A program made the position numbers and the translations under genes. DNA of 60,577 bases from a virus (taxonomy: Duplodnaviria > Caudoviricetes): the IMG/VR virus record IMGVR_UViG_3300020045_000790, positions 1 through 60,577 of that record; one strand, written 5' to 3'. The first letter of the stretch is position 1. Every line of letters starts with the position of its first letter. Under the pieces are notes generated by a model. That model was not told the DNA's origin. It did no database searches and saw only the letters and a program-made list of their open reading frames with translations. Shown piece by piece: positions 1 to 9,259 of this stretch.

Positions 1-12
1 AAAAGAAATAAG

Positions 13-252
13 ATGACAGCAGTAGAAAAATTAGAACTAAGTTTACTAGGAATTATATCATTTGATTCAGAAGAATTAAGAGCAAAATATAAAGAAATAA
101 TTGCTAATGCTAAAGAAATTGAAAAGCAAAACATTATTGAAGCAAGGCAAGATGGATATGAATCTACTTATGCAGAATATGGTGAAACTCCTAAATGTTA
201 TTTAGATGGGAGTAATGAACAATACTACAACGAAACATTTAAAAACAAATAA
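13..252 (+). CDS. small hypothetical phage protein (MTAVE...EQYYNETF type)
   Basis: ORF track; A-rich start context; recurrent phage small-protein pattern recalled from memory. Confidence 0.6.
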   Translation: MTAVEKLELSLLGIISFDSEELRAKYKEIIANAKEIEKQNIIEARQDGYESTYAEYGETPKCYLDGSNEQYYNETFKNK

Positions 253-255
253 GAT

Positions 256-399
256 ATGAAAGTAAATTTTGATTTAAAAAACAAGTACAAAAGCGTAGAA
301 TTTTGTTACAATAACAAATGTATTATGATAAGATATTGGGGTGGGTTAAAATTTGATAGAGTTGTGCTTTATTGTGCTGAACAATTTAAAAACAAATAG
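256..399 (+). CDS. 47-aa hypothetical protein (not in ORF track)
   Basis: ATG 256 to TAG 399, MKVNFDLKNK...EQFKNK; fills the gap with 2-3 nt spacers. Confidence 0.55.
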   Translation: MKVNFDLKNKYKSVEFCYNNKCIMIRYWGGLKFDRVVLYCAEQFKNK

Positions 400-401
400 A
401 T

Positions 402-731
402 ATGGAAATAACACCTTGTAATGCTCACGCATTTGAGCAAGAAAGAGACAGAGTCGTAGAACAGGTAAAAGACAATTTTACTAAACGCTCAGAGACAGGC
501 ATAGCTAAGTACGGAACCACATTAGAACGAGGAGACCTTAGCTTATTAGATTGGCTTAATCATTTACAGGAAGAGCTAATGGACGCAACGCTTTACATTC
601 AGAAACTAAAGAATGAGTTAGACCAAAATCCAAATGGAATTGTTATCGCCAAAGAGTCTTGGGATAAGGCAGACAAGATAACACACGAAGGTTTCGTCTA
701 TGTTAAATACACAGACCTGACAGGAGTATGA
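402..731 (+). CDS. MazG-like / dNTP pyrophosphohydrolase-like protein
   Basis: GIAKYGTTL...WLNHLQEELMDA: EExxD acidic helix typical of all-alpha NTP pyrophosphatases. Confidence 0.5.
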   Translation: MEITPCNAHAFEQERDRVVEQVKDNFTKRSETGIAKYGTTLERGDLSLLDWLNHLQEELMDATLYIQKLKNELDQNPNGIVIAKESWDKADKITHEGFVYVKYTDLTGV

Positions 732-810
732 GAAAAATATTTATAAACCTATTCTTTTGGGTATTAATATTAACAACAATAGCATTATCAATAACAATAA
801 TAGTAACATT

Positions 811-1155
811 ATGAAAACAATTAAGAATCATTTAGAATCAGAGAAAGCAGCAGCCAAACCAAATCAATTAAGAATAGACGAACTGACTAAGATACTTTAC
901 AGAGGAACTCTAACGCTTGAGGAATGGAGAATGACGGGTAGATTTACACCCGCAGAAGAATACCTTAGCAGAAATGCAGATGTAAAACTTGCAAAGAATT
1001 GCAAGGAGATAATCGAATATGTTGGGGACAATATCATAAAGGTATTGAGCACAGGATATTTTGTCTTTGAAGACACTAAGAGCAAGAACCTTGACGAGGT
1101 TGAGAATAAATTATGGTCAGCTACAGCAGAGAAATTGTGGTGCGAAAATTGTTAA
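811..1155 (+). CDS. hypothetical protein (likely start ATG 811)
   Basis: ORF track 757-1155 begins at a TTG with low-complexity Asn-rich sequence; MKTIKN at 811 has a better start context. Confidence 0.6.
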   Translation: MKTIKNHLESEKAAAKPNQLRIDELTKILYRGTLTLEEWRMTGRFTPAEEYLSRNADVKLAKNCKEIIEYVGDNIIKVLSTGYFVFEDTKSKNLDEVENKLWSATAEKLWCENC

Positions 1156-1197
1156 TAACTTTATAAATAAAATGAACGAGATATGAACATTTATTAT

Positions 1198-1205
1198 TAT
1201 CTTTG
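1198..1205 (+). promoter_or_regulatory. Bacteroidota sigma-A -7 element TATCTTTG
   Basis: Matches TAnnTTTG, 21 nt upstream of ORF 1227. Confidence 0.6.
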
Positions 1206-1226
1206 TTTTTTTAAAAATCAAATCAA

Positions 1227-1529
1227 ATGAAAGAAGACGTGTTTAATCAATACATTGAAAGGGTAGCAAACCTTTTCAGTATTACAAAAGAAGAATTGTT
1301 TTCAAAGTCTAAGAAAAGAAACTTAGTTGATGCAAGACAATTAGTTTATTACCTATGCTCTAAGAGACCTATACAAGTTACATACATTCAGAAGTATATG
1401 AGCGATAATGGTTATTCAGTTAGCCACTCATCAATCATTCACGGAATAAATGTAATGAATAGAAAAGTCGAGGAGGACAAAGACTACAAGACCATTGCTC
1501 ACGAAATTGACAGAGCAGTATTTATTTAA
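1227..1529 (+). CDS. DnaA C-terminal (domain IV)-like HTH DNA-binding protein
   Basis: ELFSKSKKRNLVDARQLVYYL...HSSIIHG resembles DnaA domain IV (R..v..RQ.amYL...dHtTVih). Confidence 0.65.
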   Translation: MKEDVFNQYIERVANLFSITKEELFSKSKKRNLVDARQLVYYLCSKRPIQVTYIQKYMSDNGYSVSHSSIIHGINVMNRKVEEDKDYKTIAHEIDRAVFI

Positions 1530-1555
1530 TCAGTAATCAAATTTAATTTAATCAA

Positions 1556-2272
1556 ATGGAAAAAACAAAATCAACTTTTGATGTATTGTCGGCAGTTAAT
1601 GTGAACGACAAAGTAGAAAAGAAAAGCAACCTAACGTACCTATCTTGGGCTTGGGCTTGGGCAGAAGTTAAGAAGGCTTGCCCTGACGCTTCTTATGAGA
1701 TAAAGGGAGACCCTATTACTCAAAAACCATACTTCTATGATGAGAATCTTGGGTATATGGTAATGACAGAAGTAACTATCGAAGGAGAAACTTTGGAGAT
1801 GTGGCTACCTGTTATGGACGGTGCGAACAAATCTATGATGGCTAAACCATACACCTACAAAGGTAATGCTTGGGAAGGTGGAAGAAAAGTAGTTGTTGAC
1901 AAGACAGTCGAAGCAGCTACTATGTTCGACATTAATAAGACATTGATGAGATGTTTGACTAAGAACTTAGCGATGTTTGGATTAGGGCTTTACATTTATG
2001 CAGGAGAGGATTTACCTGAGGCAGACACTACACCTGCAACACCTGTTCAAGCACCTACAAGAGCAGAAGCTCAAGCACAACCTCAACAACCTGCACCTAC
2101 ACCTGAGTTAGCAGAGCTTAAAAAAGGTACAGAAGATTGGACTAAAGTTGTAGATTATATTACAGCAAACAAGTCATTAGGTATTGAAAAAATTGGCAAG
2201 CAATTGAATAGAAGATACAAGATGACACCTGCCATCAAGAAAGAAATCTCTAACTTAGTATCAGCAGAATAA
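1556..2272 (+). CDS. Sak (Rad52-like, DUF1071) single-strand annealing protein
   Basis: LTYLSWAWAW, WLPVMDGANK, INKTLMRCLTKNLAMFGLGLYIYAGEDLP signature. Confidence 0.85.
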   Translation: MEKTKSTFDVLSAVNVNDKVEKKSNLTYLSWAWAWAEVKKACPDASYEIKGDPITQKPYFYDENLGYMVMTEVTIEGETLEMWLPVMDGANKSMMAKPYTYKGNAWEGGRKVVVDKTVEAATMFDINKTLMRCLTKNLAMFGLGLYIYAGEDLPEADTTPATPVQAPTRAEAQAQPQQPAPTPELAELKKGTEDWTKVVDYITANKSLGIEKIGKQLNRRYKMTPAIKKEISNLVSAE

Positions 2273-3018
2273 TGGGGAAAGTAAACGAACACGTACTTGA
2301 GTTATTAAAAGATGACAAAGAGTACTACGGAGGTATTGGAAAAAATTACTTATCCAATTCAGACATTGGTACATTACTAAACAACCCAAAAGAGTTTGGT
2401 AAAGAAAGAGAGGACAACAAGGCTTTTATGGAAGGCAGATACTTCCATCAGTTAATACTTGAGCCTGAGAAAGCAAAAGGTTTATTGTATGTTGATGCGA
2501 GCACTCGTACAACAAAAATCTATAAAGACTTTTGTGAGACACACAACTTACCGTTCTGTATGCTACAAAAAGAAAAAGAAGATGTTGAGGCATTGGTAAA
2601 AATAATCAATGGTAACATAGCTTTCTTTGAGGAGTTATACAAGAAAGGAAATCAGTATGAGGTTCCTGCTGTTGCAGAGATTCAAGGTATGATGTGGAAA
2701 GGTAAGGCAGACATTGTAACAGACAACGCAATCATTGACCTAAAAACCACCTCAGACATTGATAAATTCAAATGGAATGCTAAGAAGTACAACTACGATT
2801 CTCAATGTTATATCTATCAGATGTTATTCGGCAAGCCTTTAGTGTTTTACGTTATTGACAAGACTACAGGAGTACTTGGTATCTTTAGACCAACTGAGGA
2901 GTTTATACAATCAGGAGAAACTAAGGTAGGAAGAGCTATTGAGATATTCAATAAGTATTTTGGAGACAATCCAACAGACGACATTGAGAACTATTACATT
3001 GACGAATACCTATTTTAA
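2272..3018 (+). CDS. PD-(D/E)XK exonuclease (RecE/ExoVIII-like)
   Basis: LSNSDI, GRYFH..ILEP, KGKAD...IDLKTT, Y..Q...Y motifs; coupled to the annealase gene. Confidence 0.8.
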   Translation: MGKVNEHVLELLKDDKEYYGGIGKNYLSNSDIGTLLNNPKEFGKEREDNKAFMEGRYFHQLILEPEKAKGLLYVDASTRTTKIYKDFCETHNLPFCMLQKEKEDVEALVKIINGNIAFFEELYKKGNQYEVPAVAEIQGMMWKGKADIVTDNAIIDLKTTSDIDKFKWNAKKYNYDSQCYIYQMLFGKPLVFYVIDKTTGVLGIFRPTEEFIQSGETKVGRAIEIFNKYFGDNPTDDIENYYIDEYLF

Positions 3019-3020
3019 TT

Positions 3021-3176
3021 ATGAAAAAGATAGCATTATTCACACTACTTACTTTCTTAGCATTGTTTTTAAGTGTATGGGCATTCAACCACATTGACGC
3101 TTGGGTTGGAATTATTGGAGCGTTGGCAACTATCTATGTTGTCGTATCAGAATTAGTAAATAAAATTAACAAGTAA
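3021..3176 (+). CDS. 51-aa membrane protein with two hydrophobic helices (not in ORF track)
   Basis: MKKIALFTLTTFLALFLSVWAFNHIDAWVGIIGALATIYVVVSELVNKINK. Confidence 0.6.
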   Translation: MKKIALFTLLTFLALFLSVWAFNHIDAWVGIIGALATIYVVVSELVNKINK

Positions 3177-3187
3177 AATTAAATCAA

Positions 3188-4000
3188 ATGAAAAAATTAT
3201 TAGCATTAGCAGTATTAGTATTAGTAACAATCGTTTTTATAGGTTGTGAGAGAGTAGCACCAAATTACTATGGAGTATTAATGGAAAACTACGGTAAGAA
3301 CGGTAAGGACGACTACGTTAAACAACAAGGTAGAGTAAGTACAATATCTCCCGGCACAGAATTATTTCAGGTTCCCGCTTGGGAACAAAGAGGTCAGTTT
3401 ACGGACGACGAAGGTAAGGACAGAACATTACAAGTGAAAGCAGCAGACAATACAGCATTTACTTCTAAGCCTTTATATTCATACAAAGTAATCGAAGCTA
3501 AGGTAGTTGATGTTGTATTTCAAAATTCAAGATTAGGTTCAGGAGATGACTTTATGTTGGCATTACAGGATAATGTATTAGAGCCACGTATCTATGACAT
3601 AATTAAAGAAGCATCGAGAAGCTATACGACAGAACAATTAATGGCTAATGGAGGTTCTTTAATGTTTGAGAAGTATGTTCAGGATATAGTTTCAAAAGAA
3701 TTTGATAAATCAGGTTTGAAGTTAATTAGTTTTAGTCTTAACTTAGACTTCTCTAAGAAAGTAAAAGCTAAGATTGACAGTCGAAATGAGGTTAATACAA
3801 ACATATCAGTATTAGACCAACAGATAGCTGAACAGAAAAAACGAAATGAATTAGAGGCATTAAAAACCGAACAGAATAAAATAAGAAGTGCAGGTATCAC
3901 TCCTCAGATTTTACAAGAGAAAGCAATTAACAAATGGAATGGTAAACTACCAACTACATATTCAGGAAGCGGACTACCTTTCGTTAAAGCTGTGAACTAA
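3188..4000 (+). CDS. SPFH/Band-7 domain protein, probable lipoprotein
   Basis: Signal peptide ending FIGC, RVAP..YGV, C-terminal coiled coil and KWNGKLP. Confidence 0.8.
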   Translation: MKKLLALAVLVLVTIVFIGCERVAPNYYGVLMENYGKNGKDDYVKQQGRVSTISPGTELFQVPAWEQRGQFTDDEGKDRTLQVKAADNTAFTSKPLYSYKVIEAKVVDVVFQNSRLGSGDDFMLALQDNVLEPRIYDIIKEASRSYTTEQLMANGGSLMFEKYVQDIVSKEFDKSGLKLISFSLNLDFSKKVKAKIDSRNEVNTNISVLDQQIAEQKKRNELEALKTEQNKIRSAGITPQILQEKAINKWNGKLPTTYSGSGLPFVKAVN

Positions 4001-4200
4001 TGGAACAATCTATAAGAACACAAGAACAATTAAATGATTTAAGAAGAAACGAACATTTAATATCTGACTTACATACAGAAGAAGGTGGGTGTCAATTCAG
4101 AATGGTTGATGGTATAAAAATATATCAGATTGAAGAAAAAACAGACGAGGACAGGAGAATGAATAACGCCATAAATCTTTGGCGTATGCGTAATCGTTAG
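4000..4200 (+). CDS. hypothetical protein
   Basis: ORF track; TAATG overlap with upstream gene. Confidence 0.5.
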   Translation: MEQSIRTQEQLNDLRRNEHLISDLHTEEGGCQFRMVDGIKIYQIEEKTDEDRRMNNAINLWRMRNR

Positions 4201-4231
4201 AACCAAGTGTCTTTAAAGACACAATCAATAT

Positions 4232-4285
4232 ACCAACTACAAACTTAGCCTTAGAGGGGAGTAGTTGGTTCAAACAGACTAAGGC
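4232..4285 (+). ncRNA. putative pseudoknot in the ssb 5' leader
   Basis: ACCAACTAC 4232-4240 pairs with GTAGTTGGT 4261-4269; GCCTTAG 4248-4254 pairs with CTAAGGC 4279-4285; the stems are interleaved. Confidence 0.6.
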
Positions 4286-4304
4286 AAACTAAAAATTATT
4301 CACA

Positions 4305-4625
4305 ATGGCACAAGACCAAGAAAAGATTTTTGCAGATGGATTCATCTTCAAAAGAAACCCGAAAGCACCAACGTTTGTAATCGGTAGAGTATCAATGAAA
4401 GTAGAAGAGGCAATTAATTTCTTAAAGACCCACGAAAAGAATGGTTGGGTAAATGTAGATATTAAAGAAGCTCGCAGCGGTAATCATTACATTGAGTTAG
4501 ACACATTTGTCGCAAACAATGATAGTGCGGTTGACAAGTACGAAGCAAAATCGGCTCCACCACCACCACCTGCTGCCGCAGAAATGCCACAGTCAGATGA
4601 AGAAGAGGACGATTTACCGTTCTAA
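4305..4625 (+). CDS. ssb: single-stranded DNA-binding protein
   Basis: Short beta-rich N-terminus, Pro/Ala linker, acidic tail ending DDLPF; lies in the Sak/exonuclease module. Confidence 0.7.
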   Translation: MAQDQEKIFADGFIFKRNPKAPTFVIGRVSMKVEEAINFLKTHEKNGWVNVDIKEARSGNHYIELDTFVANNDSAVDKYEAKSAPPPPPAAAEMPQSDEEEDDLPF

Positions 4626-4637
4626 GCCCAATAAACA

Positions 4638-4664
4638 AAGGGGAATTAACGTTCCCCTTATTTT
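4638..4664 (+). terminator. intrinsic terminator after ssb
   Basis: AAGGGGAA-ttaacg-TTCCCCTT followed by ATTTT. Confidence 0.6.
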
Positions 4665-4674
4665 AGCTACCGAT

Positions 4675-4840
4675 TATGACGAAAAATATATTTCCTATAT
4701 ATATATATATAATCTCTATTATTATTATTATTTTATTTTTTATAGACTAACTTTAAAATTAACAGAATTAACAGAAGTACTAATAATCAATTAGTTAGAT
4801 AAAAAAAATCAACACAAAACCAACATAAAATCAACAAACT
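4675..4840. other. putative replication origin element A
   Basis: TTTCC(TA)8, AT-rich tract, IHF-like AATCAATTAGTTA 4785-4797, CAACA repeats; directly upstream of the primase-helicase gene. Confidence 0.5.
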
Positions 4841-7234
4841 ATGTCATATACAGTTACAATCTTTCAAAACATACGTGATACGGACACTCCTTTCTTTAGA
4901 GATGTCAACGTTATACTTGATAGGATAAAAGACGGGGCGGGTGCTACCAAGGATATTGTAAAACGTATCAGACAAGAGAAAGATAAATCTGAGCGTAACG
5001 AAATCAAAAAACAATTACCTGCAATTTGTTTCAGTGGTAAATTCACAAAAAGAGAAGACACAGCTTTGTCTGAACACTCAGGACTTATCTGTTTGGACTT
5101 TGATGGATACCAAAAGCAAAAAGAATTATTACAAGACAAAGAGACTTTATCAAAAAACAAATACGTTTACTCGGTATTTATTTCTCCATCAGGAAATGGA
5201 TTAAAAGCATTGGTTAAGATTCCTGCCGAACCCGATAACCATAAAAACTATTTTAATAGCCTTGAAAAGTATTTCAATTCTCCTTATTTCGATAAGACGA
5301 GTAAAAATATTAGCCGAGTATGTTACGAGAGTTATGACCCACTTATCCATATTAACCCAAATTCTTCGATTTGGGACACGATTGAGGAGCCGGAGTACAC
5401 AGAGGTTAGTAGAGTTAGAGATAAGGCTACAATTCCAATTACAGACGAAAATAAGATAGTAGAGATACTTGTTAAGTGGTGGGAGAAAAAATATCCTATG
5501 CAAGAGGGTCAGAGAAATCAAAATGCTTATGTACTTGCTATGGCATTCAATGACTTTGGTATCAATAAAAGTCTTGCAGGATATGTTCTTAATCAGTTTG
5601 CATCAGCAGACTTTACATTAGCAGAGATTGCAACCACGATTGATTCGGCTTACAGAAACATAACTAATTTCGGAACTAAGTACTACGAAGACGAAGAGCG
5701 TATAAATAATATTAAAGCAAAGCTCAGGCGTGGAGCTTCACGAAAAGAGATAGCATTCCAACTTCAAGAGTCAAACTTAGATGAAGATGTAATTGATTCG
5801 GTACTGTCAAGAATTGAGGAAGAAAATTCTAAGATGAGTTTTTGGACTAAGAATGACAAAGGTATTATCAAGATAATTCATATTCTATTCAAAGAATTTT
5901 TAGAAGACAATGGATTTTATAAGTTCTGTCCTGAGGGAGGAAAGAATTATGTGTTTGTAAAAGTAACCAACAATCTTATCGACCACACTTCTGAGAAAGA
6001 GATTAAAGACTTCGTTCTTAATTATCTTCTTGATTTAGATGATGTTTCGATTTACAATTATTTTGCAGATAATACAAGATTCTTCAAGGAGGAATTTTTA
6101 TCATTGCTATCAACTATTGAGATTTATTTCATTGCCGATTCAAAATACTCGTCGTACTTGTATTACAAGAACTGTGCAGTCAAGATAACTAAAGACTCAA
6201 TAACAACTATTGATTATTTGGATTTAGGAGGTTACGTTTGGAAAGACCACGTTATTGACAGAGTATTTAATATTGGACAAGTAACAGATGCTTGCGACTT
6301 TAGAAAGTTTTTATCAAACATAAATGGTTCAGATGAAAACAGAATAAGCTCTATGGAAAGTACCTTGGGATTCTTAATGCACGGATATAAAAATTTATCA
6401 TTCTGTCCTGCCGTGATTCTGAATGATGAAGTTATCAGCGACAACCCTGAAGGCGGAACAGGAAAAGGATTGCTTATGAATGCACTAAGCAAGATGAAGA
6501 AAGTTGTTACTATTGATGGTAAGTCTTTCACATTTGAAAGAAGTTTTGCTTATCAGTTAGTATCAGCAGATACTCAGATACTTGTTTTTGATGACGTTAA
6601 GAAGCACTTTGACTTCGAGAGACTATTCTCTGTAGTTACAGAGGGATTAACGCTTGAGAAGAAGAATAAAGATGCTATCAAGATACCTTTTGCGAAATCT
6701 CCGAAGATTGCAATAACAACTAACTACGCGATTAAGGGGTCAGGGAACTCATTTGCGAGACGAAAATGGGAATTAGAACTACATCAGTACTACAATAAAA
6801 ACTTTACACCACAGGACGAATTTGGCAAGTTATTATTTGGAGATTGGAATGATGATGATTGGTTTCAGTTTGACAACTATATGATTAAGTGTCTTCAAAA
6901 CTATTTGGCTACAGGATTAATCAAGTCTAAGTTTGTCAATTTAAAAATCAGACACCTGTCTCAAGAGAGTTCTCACGAGTTTATAGAGTGGGTTGGATTA
7001 GTTGATAACATAGATAGAAGTAGTATCATACCAACTAATGTAAGGCTGTATAAAAACGAGCTTTATAATAATTTTGTTGATGAATACCCTGACTATAGTG
7101 CAAGAGGCAAGATGACTGTTAGTAGAACTAAATTCTACAGATGGTTGACGGCTTACGCAAACTTCAAGGATGGAGTTACAGCGGAAGAAGATAGAGACCA
7201 CATAGGTAGATGGATAATATTTAAAACTAATTAA
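4841..7234 (+). CDS. primase-helicase (BT4734/VirE-N AEP-like domain + PriCT + P-loop NTPase)
   Basis: LICLDFD, FISPSGNGLKA, RVCYESYDP; EGQRN (PriCT); Walker A GGTGKG; ILVFDD. Confidence 0.85.
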   Translation: MSYTVTIFQNIRDTDTPFFRDVNVILDRIKDGAGATKDIVKRIRQEKDKSERNEIKKQLPAICFSGKFTKREDTALSEHSGLICLDFDGYQKQKELLQDKETLSKNKYVYSVFISPSGNGLKALVKIPAEPDNHKNYFNSLEKYFNSPYFDKTSKNISRVCYESYDPLIHINPNSSIWDTIEEPEYTEVSRVRDKATIPITDENKIVEILVKWWEKKYPMQEGQRNQNAYVLAMAFNDFGINKSLAGYVLNQFASADFTLAEIATTIDSAYRNITNFGTKYYEDEERINNIKAKLRRGASRKEIAFQLQESNLDEDVIDSVLSRIEEENSKMSFWTKNDKGIIKIIHILFKEFLEDNGFYKFCPEGGKNYVFVKVTNNLIDHTSEKEIKDFVLNYLLDLDDVSIYNYFADNTRFFKEEFLSLLSTIEIYFIADSKYSSYLYYKNCAVKITKDSITTIDYLDLGGYVWKDHVIDRVFNIGQVTDACDFRKFLSNINGSDENRISSMESTLGFLMHGYKNLSFCPAVILNDEVISDNPEGGTGKGLLMNALSKMKKVVTIDGKSFTFERSFAYQLVSADTQILVFDDVKKHFDFERLFSVVTEGLTLEKKNKDAIKIPFAKSPKIAITTNYAIKGSGNSFARRKWELELHQYYNKNFTPQDEFGKLLFGDWNDDDWFQFDNYMIKCLQNYLATGLIKSKFVNLKIRHLSQESSHEFIEWVGLVDNIDRSSIIPTNVRLYKNELYNNFVDEYPDYSARGKMTVSRTKFYRWLTAYANFKDGVTAEEDRDHIGRWIIFKTN

Positions 7235-7236
7235 TT

Positions 7237-7575
7237 ATGAAGCAACCTCAAGTAGTTCATATAGGTATGATAAATTCATACAATGTATTGGTAAACAAAG
7301 CTAATGTAGAGCAAATTGTGTTGTCAGGAATAGGCGTGTTCGCTCATTCTGAGGACGAGAAAGATGCTAAGATTAGTATTGAGTTTATGATTAAGTATTT
7401 TCAAGATATTGAGATGTATGAGAAATGCTCAGCACTTCAAAAGTATATCAAGAAAACATTTGATAATGACGGTAAGTTTAAAGAGCCTGTATGTGTTTGC
7501 GAATACCCCGACATTAAACAGTATAGTCCAATTCCAAAATGTTCAGTATGCAATATGAAAATGAAGAGATTATAG
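7237..7575 (+). CDS. hypothetical protein with C-terminal Cys cluster
   Basis: EMYEKCS..L motif; CVC...CSVC possible Zn ribbon. Confidence 0.55.
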   Translation: MKQPQVVHIGMINSYNVLVNKANVEQIVLSGIGVFAHSEDEKDAKISIEFMIKYFQDIEMYEKCSALQKYIKKTFDNDGKFKEPVCVCEYPDIKQYSPIPKCSVCNMKMKRL

Positions 7576-9038
7576 CGAGAGACCCGGGGTATAACAACCA
7601 CGAAATGTGGAAAAGATGTGAACTTCTAAAGATGGTGGTAACACAAACGATAGATGTAAAAGAAGGTAGGGGTAAAAATGTTAAGGTATATCAGAAATAC
7701 AAACACAATACCCCTCAAAAAGTAATTGATAGGATAATCAATAGCTGCGAATACTATAAGTCATTATACGAAAAAGATATGGAAGTAAAAGAAGTACTTA
7801 CGAATGGAACTATTCAGTACAGGGATTATCAGTACGATATAATAAAGAAAGGTTCTGAGATTTTATCAGAGAATGGATTTGTTTATCTCGCTATGGAGGT
7901 TAGAACAGGTAAGACTCTAACAAGCCTTGGAATTGCAGCTACAATAAAAAGCTCTGAGGTATTATTCTTAACTAAGAAAAAAGCAATATCAAGTATTGAA
8001 GGAGATTACAAAAGCCTTGCACCGTCATACAATCTTACGGTTATTAACTACGAGAGCATTCACAAGTTACCAAATACCAAATGGGATTTAATTGTTTGTG
8101 ATGAGGCTCATAGTTTAGGTGCGTTCCCCAAGCCAAATAAAAGAGCAGAACAGGTCAAAGAGCTTATTGTGAAAACAAACGCAAAGGTAATTTTGTTATC
8201 AGGAACACCAACTCCCGAGTCATATTCTCAGATGTATCATCAGGTTTATGGAATACCAAAAAATCCTTTTCGAGATGTTAAAAATTTTTACAGATTTTGT
8301 GATAACTTTGTGAAAGTTACAACTAAGATTATAAATGGTCTATCAATGAATGATTACTCTAAAGGATTGGAGACAATTATTCAGGCTATGGAGCCATTCA
8401 CAATAAATTATACTCAGGAAGAAGCGGGATTTGTGTCTAAGATAACTGAGGAGATTTTTGAGGTAGAGCTAAAAGAATCAACCTATAAGTTGATTAAAAA
8501 GTTCATAAAAGATTTGGTTGTTCAAGGAAAGGAAGAGGTTATCTTAGGAGATACCCCTGTAAAGTTGATGATGAAGCTGCATCAGTTACACTCAGGAACT
8601 ATTAAGTTTGAGAGTGGTAAGTCGATGATATTGGATACGTCAAAAGCTGAGTTTATAAAAGAGTCTTGGGAAGGTTGTCAGATTGCTATCTTCTATAAGT
8701 TCAAAGAAGAGTTACAGGCATTGAAGCAAGTATTCGGAGATGAGCTAACAACAGAGCTTAGTGTCTTTGAAGACACACATAAGAACATAGCATTGCAGAT
8801 AGTTTCAGGGCGTGAAGGAATATCTTTAAGGAAAGCAGAGTATCTTGTGTACTATAATATTGATTTTAGTGCAACAAGTTATTGGCAATCAAGAGATAGA
8901 ATGACAACTAAGGACAGACCTGAGAACGAAGTGTTTTGGATATTCTCAAAAGGAGGTATCGAGCACGAGATTTATAAGGCAGTAACTAAAAAGAAAGATT
9001 ACACATTAGCACACTTTAAAAAAGATTTTTATTTATGA
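7539..9038 (+). CDS. SF2 (SNF2-like) helicase
   Basis: EVRTGKT, DEAH, LSGTP, GREGISL, QSRDR motifs; exact start uncertain. Confidence 0.85.
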   Translation: MFSMQYENEEIIARDPGYNNHEMWKRCELLKMVVTQTIDVKEGRGKNVKVYQKYKHNTPQKVIDRIINSCEYYKSLYEKDMEVKEVLTNGTIQYRDYQYDIIKKGSEILSENGFVYLAMEVRTGKTLTSLGIAATIKSSEVLFLTKKKAISSIEGDYKSLAPSYNLTVINYESIHKLPNTKWDLIVCDEAHSLGAFPKPNKRAEQVKELIVKTNAKVILLSGTPTPESYSQMYHQVYGIPKNPFRDVKNFYRFCDNFVKVTTKIINGLSMNDYSKGLETIIQAMEPFTINYTQEEAGFVSKITEEIFEVELKESTYKLIKKFIKDLVVQGKEEVILGDTPVKLMMKLHQLHSGTIKFESGKSMILDTSKAEFIKESWEGCQIAIFYKFKEELQALKQVFGDELTTELSVFEDTHKNIALQIVSGREGISLRKAEYLVYYNIDFSATSYWQSRDRMTTKDRPENEVFWIFSKGGIEHEIYKAVTKKKDYTLAHFKKDFYL

Positions 9039-9259
9039 CACTAAAAGAAAAGTTTATACCATTAGTTTGGTTTAATTCCGGCTCGTTCAATGTTTCTCAA
9101 AATAGGGAAAAAGATGAAAATTCAATTAAATGCGAAAAAATTGCAGATAATTACGCTATTGAGTTTTTAGATTGGTATGGCGGCTTAAGATTAGACCAAG
9201 TAGATGGAAAAAAGACAAAAGAGCTATTAGAATTATTTAAAAAAGAAAAAGGATTATGA
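9035..9259 (+). CDS. hypothetical protein
   Basis: ORF track; ATGA overlaps on both sides. Confidence 0.55.
   Translation: MTLKEKFIPLVWFNSGSFNVSQNREKDENSIKCEKIADNYAIEFLDWYGGLRLDQVDGKKTKELLELFKKEKGL

Noticed and set aside
757-810. Asn-rich N-terminal extension of ORF 757-1155
   Set aside because: TTG start and low complexity; in another frame it reads as a short hydrophobic ORF from 728. ATG 811 is the more plausible start.
4507-4794. 95-aa ORF with poly-His and poly-Tyr
   Set aside because: Out-of-frame read of the ssb Pro linker, terminator and (TA)n element.
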